A stretch of DNA of 20,000 nucleotides from an uncultured virus (IMG/VR IMGVR_UViG_2061766007_000583) (taxonomy: Duplodnaviria > Heunggongvirae > Uroviricota > Caudoviricetes), in IMG/VR virus record IMGVR_UViG_2061766007_000583, one strand, 5' to 3'. How positions within the stretch are numbered: the first letter of the stretch is position 1; every line of letters begins with the position of its first letter. Under the pieces are notes generated by a model. It was not told the DNA's origin. It searched no databases and saw only the letters and a program-made list of their open reading frames with translations. Below, piece by piece: positions 1 to 8,517 of the stretch. The position numbers were made by a program, and so were the translations under genes.

Positions 1-145
1 GCTTATTTATGTCGCATTTTTTGAGACCACCACTATTGTTTTGAAATTGAAATATAAAATTAATCAACGCCTTTTTAGGGTCGCCACTTGTCACAGTAAT
101 AACTTCAACTTTTCCATTATTATCTTTTCCTATAAATCTATTCAT
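1..145 (-). CDS. Hypothetical protein, 5' part only (MNRFIGKDNNGKVEVITVTSGDPKKALINFIFQFQNN...), runs off the window edge
   Basis: ATG at 145 overlaps the stop of the HicA-like gene and the frame stays open to base 1; not in the ORF track. Confidence 0.6.
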   Translation of the reverse strand, partial: MNRFIGKDNNGKVEVITVTSGDPKKALINFIFQFQNNSGGLKKCDINK

Positions 146-323
146 TATTCCACGCCCCTATTCTTTTCATTTCCTTCTGCCAAGTCTTTTGAGAAACAAA
201 CTTATGCATAGGTAATGATATTGTTAAATTTTTATCAAAATTCTTAAATATCAAATGGTCGCCAGTTCTTACTTTCTCAAAACCTAAACGCTTCAGTTCT
301 CTTTCAGCATCAATTAATCTCAT
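138..323 (-). CDS. hicA: HicA/YcfA-family mRNA interferase-like protein
   Basis: About 61 aa, basic, LKRLGFEKVRTGDHLIFK...ISLPMH matches the HicA G(S/D)H and PxH pattern; probable start MRLID at 323 overlapping the upstream ORF end. Confidence 0.7.
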   Translation of the reverse strand: MRLIDAERELKRLGFEKVRTGDHLIFKNFDKNLTISLPMHKFVSQKTWQKEMKRIGAWNNE

Positions 324-612
324 TGTCTTCCCAATCATTTTTTAAACTCTCCCAATATTTAATAAAATAGCACCCAAGTTCACATTCTAAAGTTTCGTTT
401 ACAATATAATCTTTAAAGCAAGTATCGTGATTATCACATTTAATACAAGGAATACTATCAAACAATGAATCAGCGTCGCTTACAACATCACTACAATAAG
501 GACATAATAGAAATTCTTCATATACAGTATGACCCCATGCTTCTGACGGCTCTTTATAAACTTCAACTTCGTCTTCTTCAATTAATTTCTTACAACCCTT
601 GCAATAATACAT
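310..612 (-). CDS. Small Cys-rich zinc-ribbon phage protein
   Basis: CxxC motifs CKGC, CPYC, CIKC; TTGACA promoter just upstream (636-641). Confidence 0.75.
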   Translation of the reverse strand: MYYCKGCKKLIEEDEVEVYKEPSEAWGHTVYEEFLLCPYCSDVVSDADSLFDSIPCIKCDNHDTCFKDYIVNETLECELGCYFIKYWESLKNDWEDNEIN

Positions 613-715
613 ATTATATCATATCCTTTCTTAATTGTCAATAGTAAAAAATATTCCTAAACCAACGCCTATAATAACGCTGATAATTATTGTTAAAATC
701 AATTCAATAATAAAT

Positions 716-976
716 TTAGTTGTTATAAATTCTGTCAAAAACCAATCCATTGACTTCTCCTAAATCTTCCAATATTTCAGGCATATGCTCTTTACCAAAG
801 CCCCAAGATTCATAATCAGAGTGGGTTGGGGTCTTGTACCATATATTAAATGTGTGGGCTTTATGACCCTTATTACAAACGCAACAAGGAAAATCTGCAT
901 CTGTTCCTAAATAATAGCCAATATGAATATCGCCCCTATCATTAAACTTATACCAATGTCCTTCTTTTAATTTCAT
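716..976 (-). CDS. Hypothetical phage protein
   Basis: 86-aa ORF with AGGAGG RBS. Confidence 0.8.
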   Translation of the reverse strand: MKLKEGHWYKFNDRGDIHIGYYLGTDADFPCCVCNKGHKAHTFNIWYKTPTHSDYESWGFGKEHMPEILEDLGEVNGLVFDRIYNN

Positions 977-998
977 AATAAAATCCTCCTTTATAAAT

Positions 999-1172
999 TC
1001 ATATTAATTCTTCTTTTATTGAGTCAATAAAATTATAGGCTTCGTCAATCCAATAAAATTCTTCGCACCTATCATCGACCCAAACACAATAGCACTCTAA
1101 ACCACCATATTCGTGATAGTGCTTTTCAATTTCCCAACCTTTATAATATAATAATTCATAGTTATCTTCCAT
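999..1172 (-). CDS. Small acidic/aromatic hypothetical protein (MEDNYELLYYKGWEIEKHYHEYGGLECYCVWVDDRCEEFYWIDEAYNFIDSIKEELI, 57 aa)
   Basis: Hand-translated; fills the gap between neighbours, start overlaps the upstream ORF end, AAGGGG RBS. Confidence 0.7.
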   Translation of the reverse strand: MEDNYELLYYKGWEIEKHYHEYGGLECYCVWVDDRCEEFYWIDEAYNFIDSIKEELI

Positions 1173-1398
1173 TTTCGTTTGCCAACCCCTTTAACATTTC
1201 AATATAAATTTGTGAATTATTAGTAAATAATATAAAATTTGGGCGACTATGTTTGTCTGTTCCTACAATTAAATATTCATTAGTGCCTATAACATCATAT
1301 ACATATCCATAATCTGACCCATCAATAATTACATTATTAGATAGCAAATTATATTTACTAGGATTTGCTGAAATAAGTTCCCAAATATCATTAATCAT
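1162..1398 (-). CDS. Hypothetical phage protein
   Basis: 78-aa ORF tightly packed in the operon, GAGG RBS. Confidence 0.75.
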   Translation of the reverse strand: MINDIWELISANPSKYNLLSNNVIIDGSDYGYVYDVIGTNEYLIVGTDKHSRPNFILFTNNSQIYIEMLKGLANENGR

Positions 1399-1403
1399 AT
1401 TTT

Positions 1404-1640
1404 TTAATCCTCATAATCTAAATCTATTAAAAGCCCCATTAACTGATTTAACATATACATTCTTAATTGAGTTGTGCGTTTCCAATTTTCTGCATCTATT
1501 ATTTCACAATTAAATAAAAAGTTTTTGTATTCATTTACAATTTCATTGCATTCTCTAACACAGTCTTCAAATGTGATACAACCATTATACTGTTTTTCAA
1601 TTAATTTGTCAATACGTTCTTTAAATTCTTTTAAAATCAT
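1404..1640 (-). CDS. Hypothetical phage protein
   Basis: 78-aa ORF, AAAGGAG RBS, promoter at 1676-1704. Confidence 0.8.
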   Translation of the reverse strand: MILKEFKERIDKLIEKQYNGCITFEDCVRECNEIVNEYKNFLFNCEIIDAENWKRTTQLRMYMLNQLMGLLIDLDYED

Positions 1641-1675
1641 TTTAAATATACGCTCCTTTCGTATTTGATAAACGC

Positions 1676-1756
1676 ATTATATCAAAAAACAAAATATTTG
1701 TCAATAGGAAAAAATAAAAAAAATCTATTGACAAGAAAATTTCAATATGATATAAT
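1676..1756. promoter_or_regulatory. Back-to-back divergent sigmaA/sigma70 promoters
   Basis: Minus strand: TTGACA (1699-1704) -17- TATAAT; plus strand: TTGACA (1728-1733) -17- TATAAT (1751-1756) with extended TG. Confidence 0.85.
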
Positions 1757-1787
1757 ATAGAAAAATTCAAGAAAGGAAATAAAATAA

Positions 1788-2120
1788 ATGGTTGATTGGA
1801 GTGGGACACCATATAAAGTAAAACAAGTAATTACTATAGAAATGAATATTAGTAATAAAGATAAACATAAAGTAATTAATTTGGTTAAGAAGAATTATGA
1901 AACAGATGTTGTTATCTTTAAAGATTCAAATCTTATAATTACTAATTTTGGTGAAGGGCGTTTATATCAAGGCGACTATTGGAATCCAGATGAATACGAC
2001 GACAACTTATATTATGATGAAGTTGACATAATGCAATTATTAGAAGAACATAATTATGAAGTTATTAATAAGTGGGAAAAATGCGATTATGAAATAAAAG
2101 GAGAAGAGTATGAAGATTAG
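1788..2120 (+). CDS. Hypothetical acidic phage protein
   Basis: 110-aa ORF, AAAGGA RBS, downstream of a consensus promoter. Confidence 0.8.
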   Translation: MVDWSGTPYKVKQVITIEMNISNKDKHKVINLVKKNYETDVVIFKDSNLIITNFGEGRLYQGDYWNPDEYDDNLYYDEVDIMQLLEEHNYEVINKWEKCDYEIKGEEYED

Positions 2121-2625
2121 ACCTAAAAGAGATATAGGAAATTTTTACAATTTTGATTGGATTGAAAATTATTATAAATGTAATGCTATTAAATTAGAAG
2201 ATATTCTTAATTATAATTCAACTGAAAGTTTAAAAGCCAATAAGCAATATGAACTCATATGTGAAGGTAGTGGTTTTTATTTTGTTAAAGGTAAAGATAA
2301 AAATGGTAATTGGGAAACATATTTAATTAGAAAGTGTGATGCTGAAGCAATTAGAGATATTGAAGTCAACGATAAAGTAATCGTTACTAGCGATGAATTT
2401 CAGTATTTATATTATGAACACTTTTTTGAATATAACAAAATTGAAAGTGATTATTTAAAGTTACATTGGGTTTATGGTAAAAATATTGAAGTTGACGACC
2501 ATGAATATTATATTGTAAGATACATAGGAAAACATTCGGAGTTCTTAAAACCTGTATATTTGATAGAAAATAGGGAAGAAGAAATATATATGATTGGTGG
2601 CGAAGGAATTGAGAGAGTAGAGTAA
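2110..2625 (+). CDS. Hypothetical phage protein
   Basis: 171-aa ORF coupled to the previous gene, AAAGGAG RBS. Confidence 0.8.
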   Translation: MKIRPKRDIGNFYNFDWIENYYKCNAIKLEDILNYNSTESLKANKQYELICEGSGFYFVKGKDKNGNWETYLIRKCDAEAIRDIEVNDKVIVTSDEFQYLYYEHFFEYNKIESDYLKLHWVYGKNIEVDDHEYYIVRYIGKHSEFLKPVYLIENREEEIYMIGGEGIERVE

Positions 2626-2640
2626 TCTACTCTCTTTTTT
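2611..2640 (+). terminator. Intrinsic terminator
   Basis: GAGAGTAGA-gtaa-TCTACTCTC followed by a T tract. Confidence 0.85.
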
Positions 2641-2709
2641 GTAAGGTGAGTATGGTTGAAATTAATTGTGGGTGTGTGATTGTTAACGGCTCAACGCAAA
2701 CTCGCCGAC

Positions 2710-2723
2710 CGAACACGTGTTCG
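2710..2723. promoter_or_regulatory. LexA/DinR (Cheo) SOS box, perfect palindrome
   Basis: CGAACACGTGTTCG matches the Gram-positive consensus CGAAC-N4-GTTCG. Confidence 0.65.
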
Positions 2724-2733
2724 ATTTTGAAAA

Positions 2734-2914
2734 GTTAGCCCCCACTAACTCACATCTCGTAACCACTCCCCCACGACACGTAGTATTGAATACTACATAT
2801 AAAATTTTTTATACTACATATTATCATATTATAATATTGTAAAGTAGTTTTTAATAATAAAAAGTTTTTAGTAAATCGGAAAAAAGAAAAATTTTATAGT
2901 TAGCGATAACTAAC
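2734..2914. repeat. Two GTTAG-N6-CTAAC operator-like inverted repeats
   Basis: 2734-2749 and 2899-2914; four more at 3959-4063. Confidence 0.8.
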
Positions 2915-2956
2915 TATAATAAAATATTAAAATATTTCTATATGCTTTTATATAGA

Positions 2957-3058
2957 ATACCTTTTAAACGCACCAGAACGTCCAAAATTGAAAGAAAATA
3001 TATAAATTGATAAAATATACCTTTAAAGACTTAAAACGCAATACAGACGAAAATAAGC
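2957..3058 (+). repeat. Dispersed ~106-bp element, copy A
   Basis: ATACCTTTTAAACGCACCAGAA...TTGATAAAATATACC...AAACGCAATACAGA; homologous to 3852-3956, 7658-7763 and 10831-10936(-). Confidence 0.8.
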
Positions 3059-3158
3059 AAGATTTTTTATTGATTATACAATTTGCACAAAAAAGATAAT
3101 AAAAAATATACAAAACGTAGAAAATTAAAAAATATGTGATTTAGTTTACATAACATTA

Positions 3159-3186
3159 TTGACAAGTTTTGTGTAGGCGTTATAAT
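3159..3186 (+). promoter_or_regulatory. sigmaA promoter
   Basis: TTGACA-16-TATAAT upstream of ORF 3257. Confidence 0.75.
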
Positions 3187-3256
3187 TGACGTAGTCAATT
3201 AAACAAATTGACGGCAACGAAAACAATATTTTATAACACTTTAGGAGGGTAAAGTT

Positions 3257-3778
3257 ATGTTAAGAGAATTAAGTTTAAACAAGGGTTTTACAGGAAAGAA
3301 AGCAACTTGTCAAGTATGTGGAAATGTAGAATTTACAAGCGTTATGACTTCAGCCGATAGCCACAATGACCACTGTTTTATATGTGGTGATTGCTATCAA
3401 AACGGCGTTGTTTCTACTTCAGGAATGTTTGTCCCTAAAGTTTTTATTGAAAGACAAGCAAAGAAAGACGCAAAGCACGATTGCCGTGTTTGGTGGGAAG
3501 TCACCGAAAGCGATATTAAAAAACGTGCCGAACTTATCGCAATGTATCCTACATTTAGGGCGGTAAATACATACGTTTCTACTTCAAAAATAGGTACGTG
3601 GCAATTATCCAAAGTCGCCGATAACTACAAAAATGTAGTTGCACACGTTACGAAAGATGGATACAATTTAGACGGAACACCCACAGAAATAATAAATGCC
3701 GTTCGTGAGATATCAAGCAATCACAACAATTTGACACCGTCAATCATTACAAAATATGGATTTAAAAAAATGAGATAA
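3257..3778 (+). CDS. Zinc-finger (2x CxxC) phage protein, possible distant paralog of 13262-13765
   Basis: 173 aa, AGGAGG RBS, CQVC...CGDC; the only plus-strand gene beside the array. Confidence 0.8.
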   Translation: MLRELSLNKGFTGKKATCQVCGNVEFTSVMTSADSHNDHCFICGDCYQNGVVSTSGMFVPKVFIERQAKKDAKHDCRVWWEVTESDIKKRAELIAMYPTFRAVNTYVSTSKIGTWQLSKVADNYKNVVAHVTKDGYNLDGTPTEIINAVREISSNHNNLTPSIITKYGFKKMR

Positions 3779-3802
3779 AAAAGGGCTTTAAGCCCTTTTT
3801 TT
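3777..3802. terminator. Bidirectional intrinsic terminator
   Basis: AAAAAAGGGCT-tta-AGCCCTTTTTTT. Confidence 0.85.
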
Positions 3803-3851
3803 ATTTTCTGTTTTTGTTTGTTTTAAGTCCTACAATGTAGGATTTTTTAAT

Positions 3852-3956
3852 ATACCTTTAAAACGTCATATTTTGACGTGTACGGCGTTTTAATTGCTTT
3901 ATTGATAAAATATACCATAAACGAAAAAACGTACGAAATAAAGCCAAATTTTGCGT
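3852..3956 (+). repeat. Dispersed ~106-bp element, copy B
   Basis: ATACCTTTAAAACGTCA...TTGATAAAATATACC (3902-3916)...AGCCAAATTTTGCGT. Confidence 0.75.
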
Positions 3957-3958
3957 CG

Positions 3959-4063
3959 GTTATGATAGACTAACTTTATATACTGGTTAGTCATAACTAA
4001 CCTATATAGTTTGGTTAGTCAACACTAACCAAAATCTGATATCATAAGTTAGTTATAACTAAC
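3959..4063. repeat. Cluster of four GTTAG-N6-CTAAC boxes
   Basis: 3959-3974 (1 mismatch), 3986-4001, 4014-4029, 4048-4063. Confidence 0.85.
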
Positions 4064-4141
4064 CAAAATCAGAATTGAAATCCAAAACCACTTTCACAAT
4101 TTACCGTGCTAAAGTGTTTCTGATATTCAAATATCAGAAAG

Positions 4142-4155
4142 CGAACATATGTTTG
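4142..4155. promoter_or_regulatory. LexA/DinR (Cheo) SOS box-like site
   Basis: CGAACATATGTTTG. Confidence 0.55.
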
Positions 4156-4438
4156 CCCCAATCCCCCATTAGGGTAATGCCGTAATGCGAAATTTTAACG
4201 GCTTGGCGATTCGCCCTTATGCGTGTGCGTATATGTATATAAGTACATAATTATAGATATATACAGTTAAATATAACCGATATAATATTAATATTGAATT
4301 ATAATTCAAATTCATAATTCAAATTCAATTTTGTAATTGATAATTAGAATTTATATGTATATACGTATATACATTTCTGATATTTAAATATCATAATCAA
4401 ACATAAAATAAAAAGGGTTTTTCAACCCTTTTTATTTT

Positions 4439-4666
4439 TTAAATTTCGTCATAATTTTCAAAATAGCCTATTAACTTTTCGCCGTTGTAATAAACTTCAA
4501 GATAATCGCCGTTATCGTATTCTACAGAACCGATAAACTTATCAAACAAGGGTGATACTTCATCTTTGTCAACAACTTCAACGAATAAATCAAACTCATA
4601 CATATCAGTATTAACATTGTAAAGTGAATTAACTTCAATAACTTCATTACCTAAAAATTTTTTCAT
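4439..4666 (-). CDS. Small acidic hypothetical protein (probable start MKKFLG)
   Basis: ORF track 4439-4699; AAGGA/AAGG RBS precedes the ATG at 4666; own promoter and terminator. Confidence 0.75.
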   Translation of the reverse strand: MKKFLGNEVIEVNSLYNVNTDMYEFDLFVEVVDKDEVSPLFDKFIGSVEYDNGDYLEVYYNGEKLIGYFENYDEI

Positions 4667-5147
4667 AACCTTAAATTCCTTTCTGTATTCGTGAACCATT
4701 TCACAATACTAGAATAACAAAACCCTTTTATGTTGTCAATACATTTTTAAAAAAAATTTTAAAAAATTTTATCCGACATAGTTACACTCTGATATTTAAA
4801 TATCAGAAATTCTGTTTTTGTTTTTGATTTCTGTTTCTGTTTTTAAATTCAAAATCAAATTCAAGTTTGAAATCAAATTCAAATTCGAAAATAAAATATA
4901 TATATTTAAGTTTGAAATCAAAAACAGAATTTATATTCATATTCTAAAATCAAAATTAGAATCCAAAACCATATTATATTATTATAAATCATTTAACGGC
5001 TCTGTATTGAGTTTAAATATATCAGCCGATAAAAACTACAGTAATAATATTAAAATCAAATATAGGTCAAAATAAAGCGTTATTGCTGATATTCAAATAT
5101 CAGATTGAAATACAATATAAAAAAGGCTTTTCAGCCTTTTTTATATT

Positions 5148-5225
5148 TCAGCATACACTGTTTTGAAGAGGACTTGCAAGGTGAAACATATTTCTGTTAA
5201 GGAGTTCTCTTTTAATTCTATTCAT
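5148..5225 (-). CDS. 25-aa peptide MNRIKRELLNRNMFHLASPLQNSVC
   Basis: Only ORF in a complete promoter(5299-5327)/terminator(5118-5143) unit; GAAAGAAGG RBS. Confidence 0.5.
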   Translation of the reverse strand: MNRIKRELLNRNMFHLASPLQNSVC

Positions 5226-5502
5226 AAAAACCTTCTTTCCGACCCTTTAGGTCTAAATCTAAACTATTCGCAACACGTAAGCATTACCTTACAATAATAT
5301 AATATCAAATTGCTGATATATTGTCAACAATTTTTTAAAAAATTTTTTACGCCCAATTTTTTTAGTCGGCATTTCGCTGTACACCGATATTTAAATATGA
5401 GAAGTTTGTTATAATTTTAATAATAAATATTTTAATATTCAAATTTGTTTTTACNNNNNNNNNNAATTAAATACAAAAATAAAAAAGGGCAGTTGCCCTT
5501 TT

Positions 5503-5880
5503 TTATAAACTGTAAAGATAATTCCAAAACTCTTCGGCTTCTTCGTATGATTTGCCATAGAAATACATTTCGTGTCCTATATAGGTCTCTTTTTCTCCAA
5601 ATTTCTCTTCTATTTGATTTTTGAATCCACGAATTACATTAGATACTATATTATCACAAGATTTAACGCATTCCTTAACTTCTTCTTCAGTAACAAAACC
5701 CAAACGAGAAGCACCATATAAATCGCTATAAATATCGTTGACTTTTCTATCTAATTGAGTAGTAACCAAATTCTGTAATTTAATAGCCTTTATTACAGTA
5801 TCGGCTGAATAAAAATGCTTTTCGAATCTTTCAATTGCTTCGTTTGTTGCAGTGAATAATAATGTTTCAACTAATTTCAT
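5503..5880 (-). CDS. Hypothetical phage protein
   Basis: 125 aa, AAGGAG RBS, own promoter and terminator. Confidence 0.85.
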   Translation of the reverse strand: MKLVETLLFTATNEAIERFEKHFYSADTVIKAIKLQNLVTTQLDRKVNDIYSDLYGASRLGFVTEEEVKECVKSCDNIVSNVIRGFKNQIEEKFGEKETYIGHEMYFYGKSYEEAEEFWNYLYSL

Positions 5881-6472
5881 AACCTTAATCTCCTTATTAA
5901 ATAAAAATCTGTTAACGTGTGTTCGTCTTTCGACAATACAATCATATCAAACGGCTACAGTATTGTCAATAAAAAACTGCACAAAATTTTTAAATTTTTT
6001 TGTGCATTCTTGACTGCACTATGTTCGTGTCTGATATTTAAATATCAGAAATATCAAAANNNNNNNNNNTTCCGTCTTTCGACAATACAATCATATCAAA
6101 CGGCTATAGTATTGTCAATAAAAAACTGCACAAAATTTTTAAAATTTTTTGTGCAGTTTTGACTGCACTATGTTCGTGTCTGATATTTAAATATCAGAAA
6201 TATCAAAACAGATATGTAAATATCGTATTGTAATTATAAAATCGCCCTTGCGAAATCGTGCGTTGGGTAATTCGCTAATCGCCAATCGTTTGCCGACTGC
6301 CGAGATATAGTAATGATATAATAGTACATAATATTATATATATACAGTTATATATAACTGATACTGATATTTAAATATATTTATTCATAAAGCGAAAAAT
6401 AAAAAGGACTTCGAAATTCGTTTTCGAAATCCTTTTTGAAAGAAGGTAGGTTATGAAAGAAAATTTTACTTG

Positions 6473-6694
6473 TTAGCCGTTGAATTTGTCGATTACATAT
6501 CCACCGTCGTGACCTTGTTTCCAATAATGATAAACGCCGTTGGTGTCGTCAAATTCGATATAAATTCCACCGTCGTCACCATAATCTGCTTGAAAGAAAA
6601 TCTTTGCGACTTCGAAAGTTCTTCCTTGAGCGTGAATCTTGTCACCGACTTCAACTTCGTGAACAGTCTCGTAACCGATATTTTTAATAATCAT
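6473..6694 (-). CDS. Small acidic beta-rich hypothetical protein
   Basis: 73 aa, AGGAAGG RBS, TTGACA-17-TATAAT promoter 6748-6776. Confidence 0.85.
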   Translation of the reverse strand: MIIKNIGYETVHEVEVGDKIHAQGRTFEVAKIFFQADYGDDGGIYIEFDDTNGVYHYWKQGHDGGYVIDKFNG

Positions 6695-7098
6695 ATTTTT
6701 ATTTCCTTCCTAAAATGTTTTGTTCCCTTTGTTTATCTTACAAACTTATTATATAACATAATAATAAATTTGTCAATAGTTTTTTGAAAAATTTTTTTTG
6801 TTTACTAAAATAAACATTTGTTTGCTTTTTGTTTAAAATATTAAACATTTCTGATATTTAAATATGATAAGCCTGCTGCCACTTTAGTTAATTAAAGCGT
6901 TAAAGTTTACATAAATAGTTTACATAATATAAAAATCTAATTTACTAAAAAATTTGTTTTGAGAGTAAAAAATAAAATCTAGATTTAATTTATTCAGATT
7001 TAAAATTCAATTTCAAAATTAAATCTGATATTTAAATATCAAAATCGAAATCAAAAATAAAAAACCGAAATCATAATTGAAATCGGTTTTTATTTTCG

Positions 7099-7470
7099 TT
7101 ATGAGCAATAATACAAATCGTCTTCTATCTCTGTTAACTCTGTATCAGTAAACATTCTATGAAGTGCCTTTGAAGTTTTGCCACATTCTTTATAAATGCT
7201 TTTCGCTTCTTCTACACTGTAACCAAATTCATTTGCAAAATTTGTTAAATCTAAAGCGTTATCATATGCTTCCATATCACCAATTAAGCAATTCATAACT
7301 TCTTCTAATTTAGGCATTACATAATCAGTATTACACTGATACTCGAATTTATAACTCTTTCTGTTATAAATTATCTTTCCTGCAAAAATAGTGTGATTAC
7401 TTGTAAACTGTTTACTTTTAGGATTCTCTGCTTCTTCATAACTAAATTTAATCTTGTCTAAAATCATCAT
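7099..7470 (-). CDS. Hypothetical phage protein (P-x-L-x-x-V-x-x-CL-x-x-D...F-x-x-EFGY pattern)
   Basis: 123 aa, AAGGAAGG RBS. Confidence 0.85.
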   Translation of the reverse strand: MMILDKIKFSYEEAENPKSKQFTSNHTIFAGKIIYNRKSYKFEYQCNTDYVMPKLEEVMNCLIGDMEAYDNALDLTNFANEFGYSVEEAKSIYKECGKTSKALHRMFTDTELTEIEDDLYYCS

Positions 7471-7657
7471 AACTTTGTACCTTCCTTTTCTGTTTTTGAT
7501 TATAACTTATTCTAACATATAAATTTTTTATTGTCAATAGTTTTTTTAAAAAAAATTTAAGCAAAAATTTTTTACGTTTTATCACTCCGATATTCAAATA
7601 TCATATTGGTTTACATAATATAATTACAGTTCAACCAACATAAACTGTAATCGTAAT

Positions 7658-7763
7658 ATACCTTTTAAAGTCACCAGAAGCCCCAAATTCGAACGAAAAC
7701 ATATTCTTTGATAAAATATACCTTAAAATAGTTTTCGTTCAAATATGAGCCAAATTTTGCGTT
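7658..7763 (+). repeat. Dispersed ~106-bp element, copy C
   Basis: ATACCTTTTAAAGTCACCAGAA...TTGATAAAATATACC (7708-7722)...GAGCCAAATTTTGCGTT. Confidence 0.8.
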
Positions 7764-7779
7764 TTAAGACTATATCGCC

Positions 7780-7929
7780 CTAGCGATACTCTGAAAAGAC
7801 TTTTTGTTCATACTCGTCCCAATTCTTCTGCACCTTTGATTCAAGGCATACAACACCAAATATAAAGCATAAAAGCAATGAAAAGCATATTAAACAAAAT
7901 TTCACATTCTTAATCTGTTCTTGATTCAT
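7780..7929 (-). CDS. 49-aa single-pass membrane peptide (start MNQEQ)
   Basis: AAAGGAGG RBS before ATG 7929; hydrophobic stretch FCLICFSLLLCFIFGVVCL. Confidence 0.8.
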   Translation of the reverse strand: MNQEQIKNVKFCLICFSLLLCFIFGVVCLESKVQKNWDEYEQKVFSEYR

Positions 7930-8045
7930 AACACGTCCTCCTTTATTAACTAATATAATATTAACATAAATATTATATTTTGTCAAGTATAAAATTAATA
8001 TTGTCTGATATTTAAATATCAGCGTTTAGTAATAAAAAAAGACCT

Positions 8046-8186
8046 TTAATCAAGGTCTTTCTGCAACTCTCTTTTAAGTCGTTTTCTGTCGTAATCCTTC
8101 GGCGATTTATGAGAGCGTGTTCCAGTGTTAAAGGGTACTAACACTCTATGCTTTTTATTCTTTTCTTTTAACTGTTTTTTTGTCAT
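8046..8186 (-). CDS. 46-aa basic peptide, possibly BrfA/ArfA-like ribosome-rescue factor (MTKKQLKEKNKKHRVLVPFNTGTRSHKSPKDYDRKRLKRELQKDLD)
   Basis: Hand-translated; AAGGAAGG RBS; stop lies in the terminator loop; family call from recalled motif similarity only. Confidence 0.6.
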   Translation of the reverse strand: MTKKQLKEKNKKHRVLVPFNTGTRSHKSPKDYDRKRLKRELQKDLD

Positions 8187-8517
8187 TTCTTTTAACCTTC
8201 CTTTTAATTAATNNNNNNNNNNNNNNNNNNNNNNNNNNNNNNNNNNNNNNNNNNNNNNNNNNNNNNNNNNNNNNNNNNNNNNNNNNNNNNNNNNNNNNNN
8301 NNNNNNNNNNNNNNNNNNNNNNNNNNNNNNNNNNNNNNNNNNNNNNNNNNNNNNNNNNNNNNNNNNNNNNNNNNNNNNNNNNNNNNNNNNNNNNNNNNNN
8401 NNNNNNNNNNNNNNNNNNNNNNNNNNNNNNNNNNNNNNNNNNNNNNNNNNNNNNNNNNNNNNNNNNNNNNNNNNNNNNNNNNNNNNNNNNNNNNNNNNNN
8501 NNGGGGTTAAAGGGGAT

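Noticed and set aside
4818..5075. 85-aa plus-strand ORF (FKFKIKFKFEIK...)
   Set aside because: Translation of low-complexity AAATTC/AAAATC hexamer repeats; TTG start, no RBS, spans non-coding motifs.
6070..6208. True tandem duplication of a promoter block
   Set aside because: It flanks a 10-N scaffold gap and is more likely overlapping contig ends from strain variants, so the palindrome count may be 32 rather than 33.
7608..7635. Complete dif site (11-6-11)
   Set aside because: The XerD-like arm and A/T spacer are present but the partner arm (GTTGAACTGTA) does not match a XerC arm.
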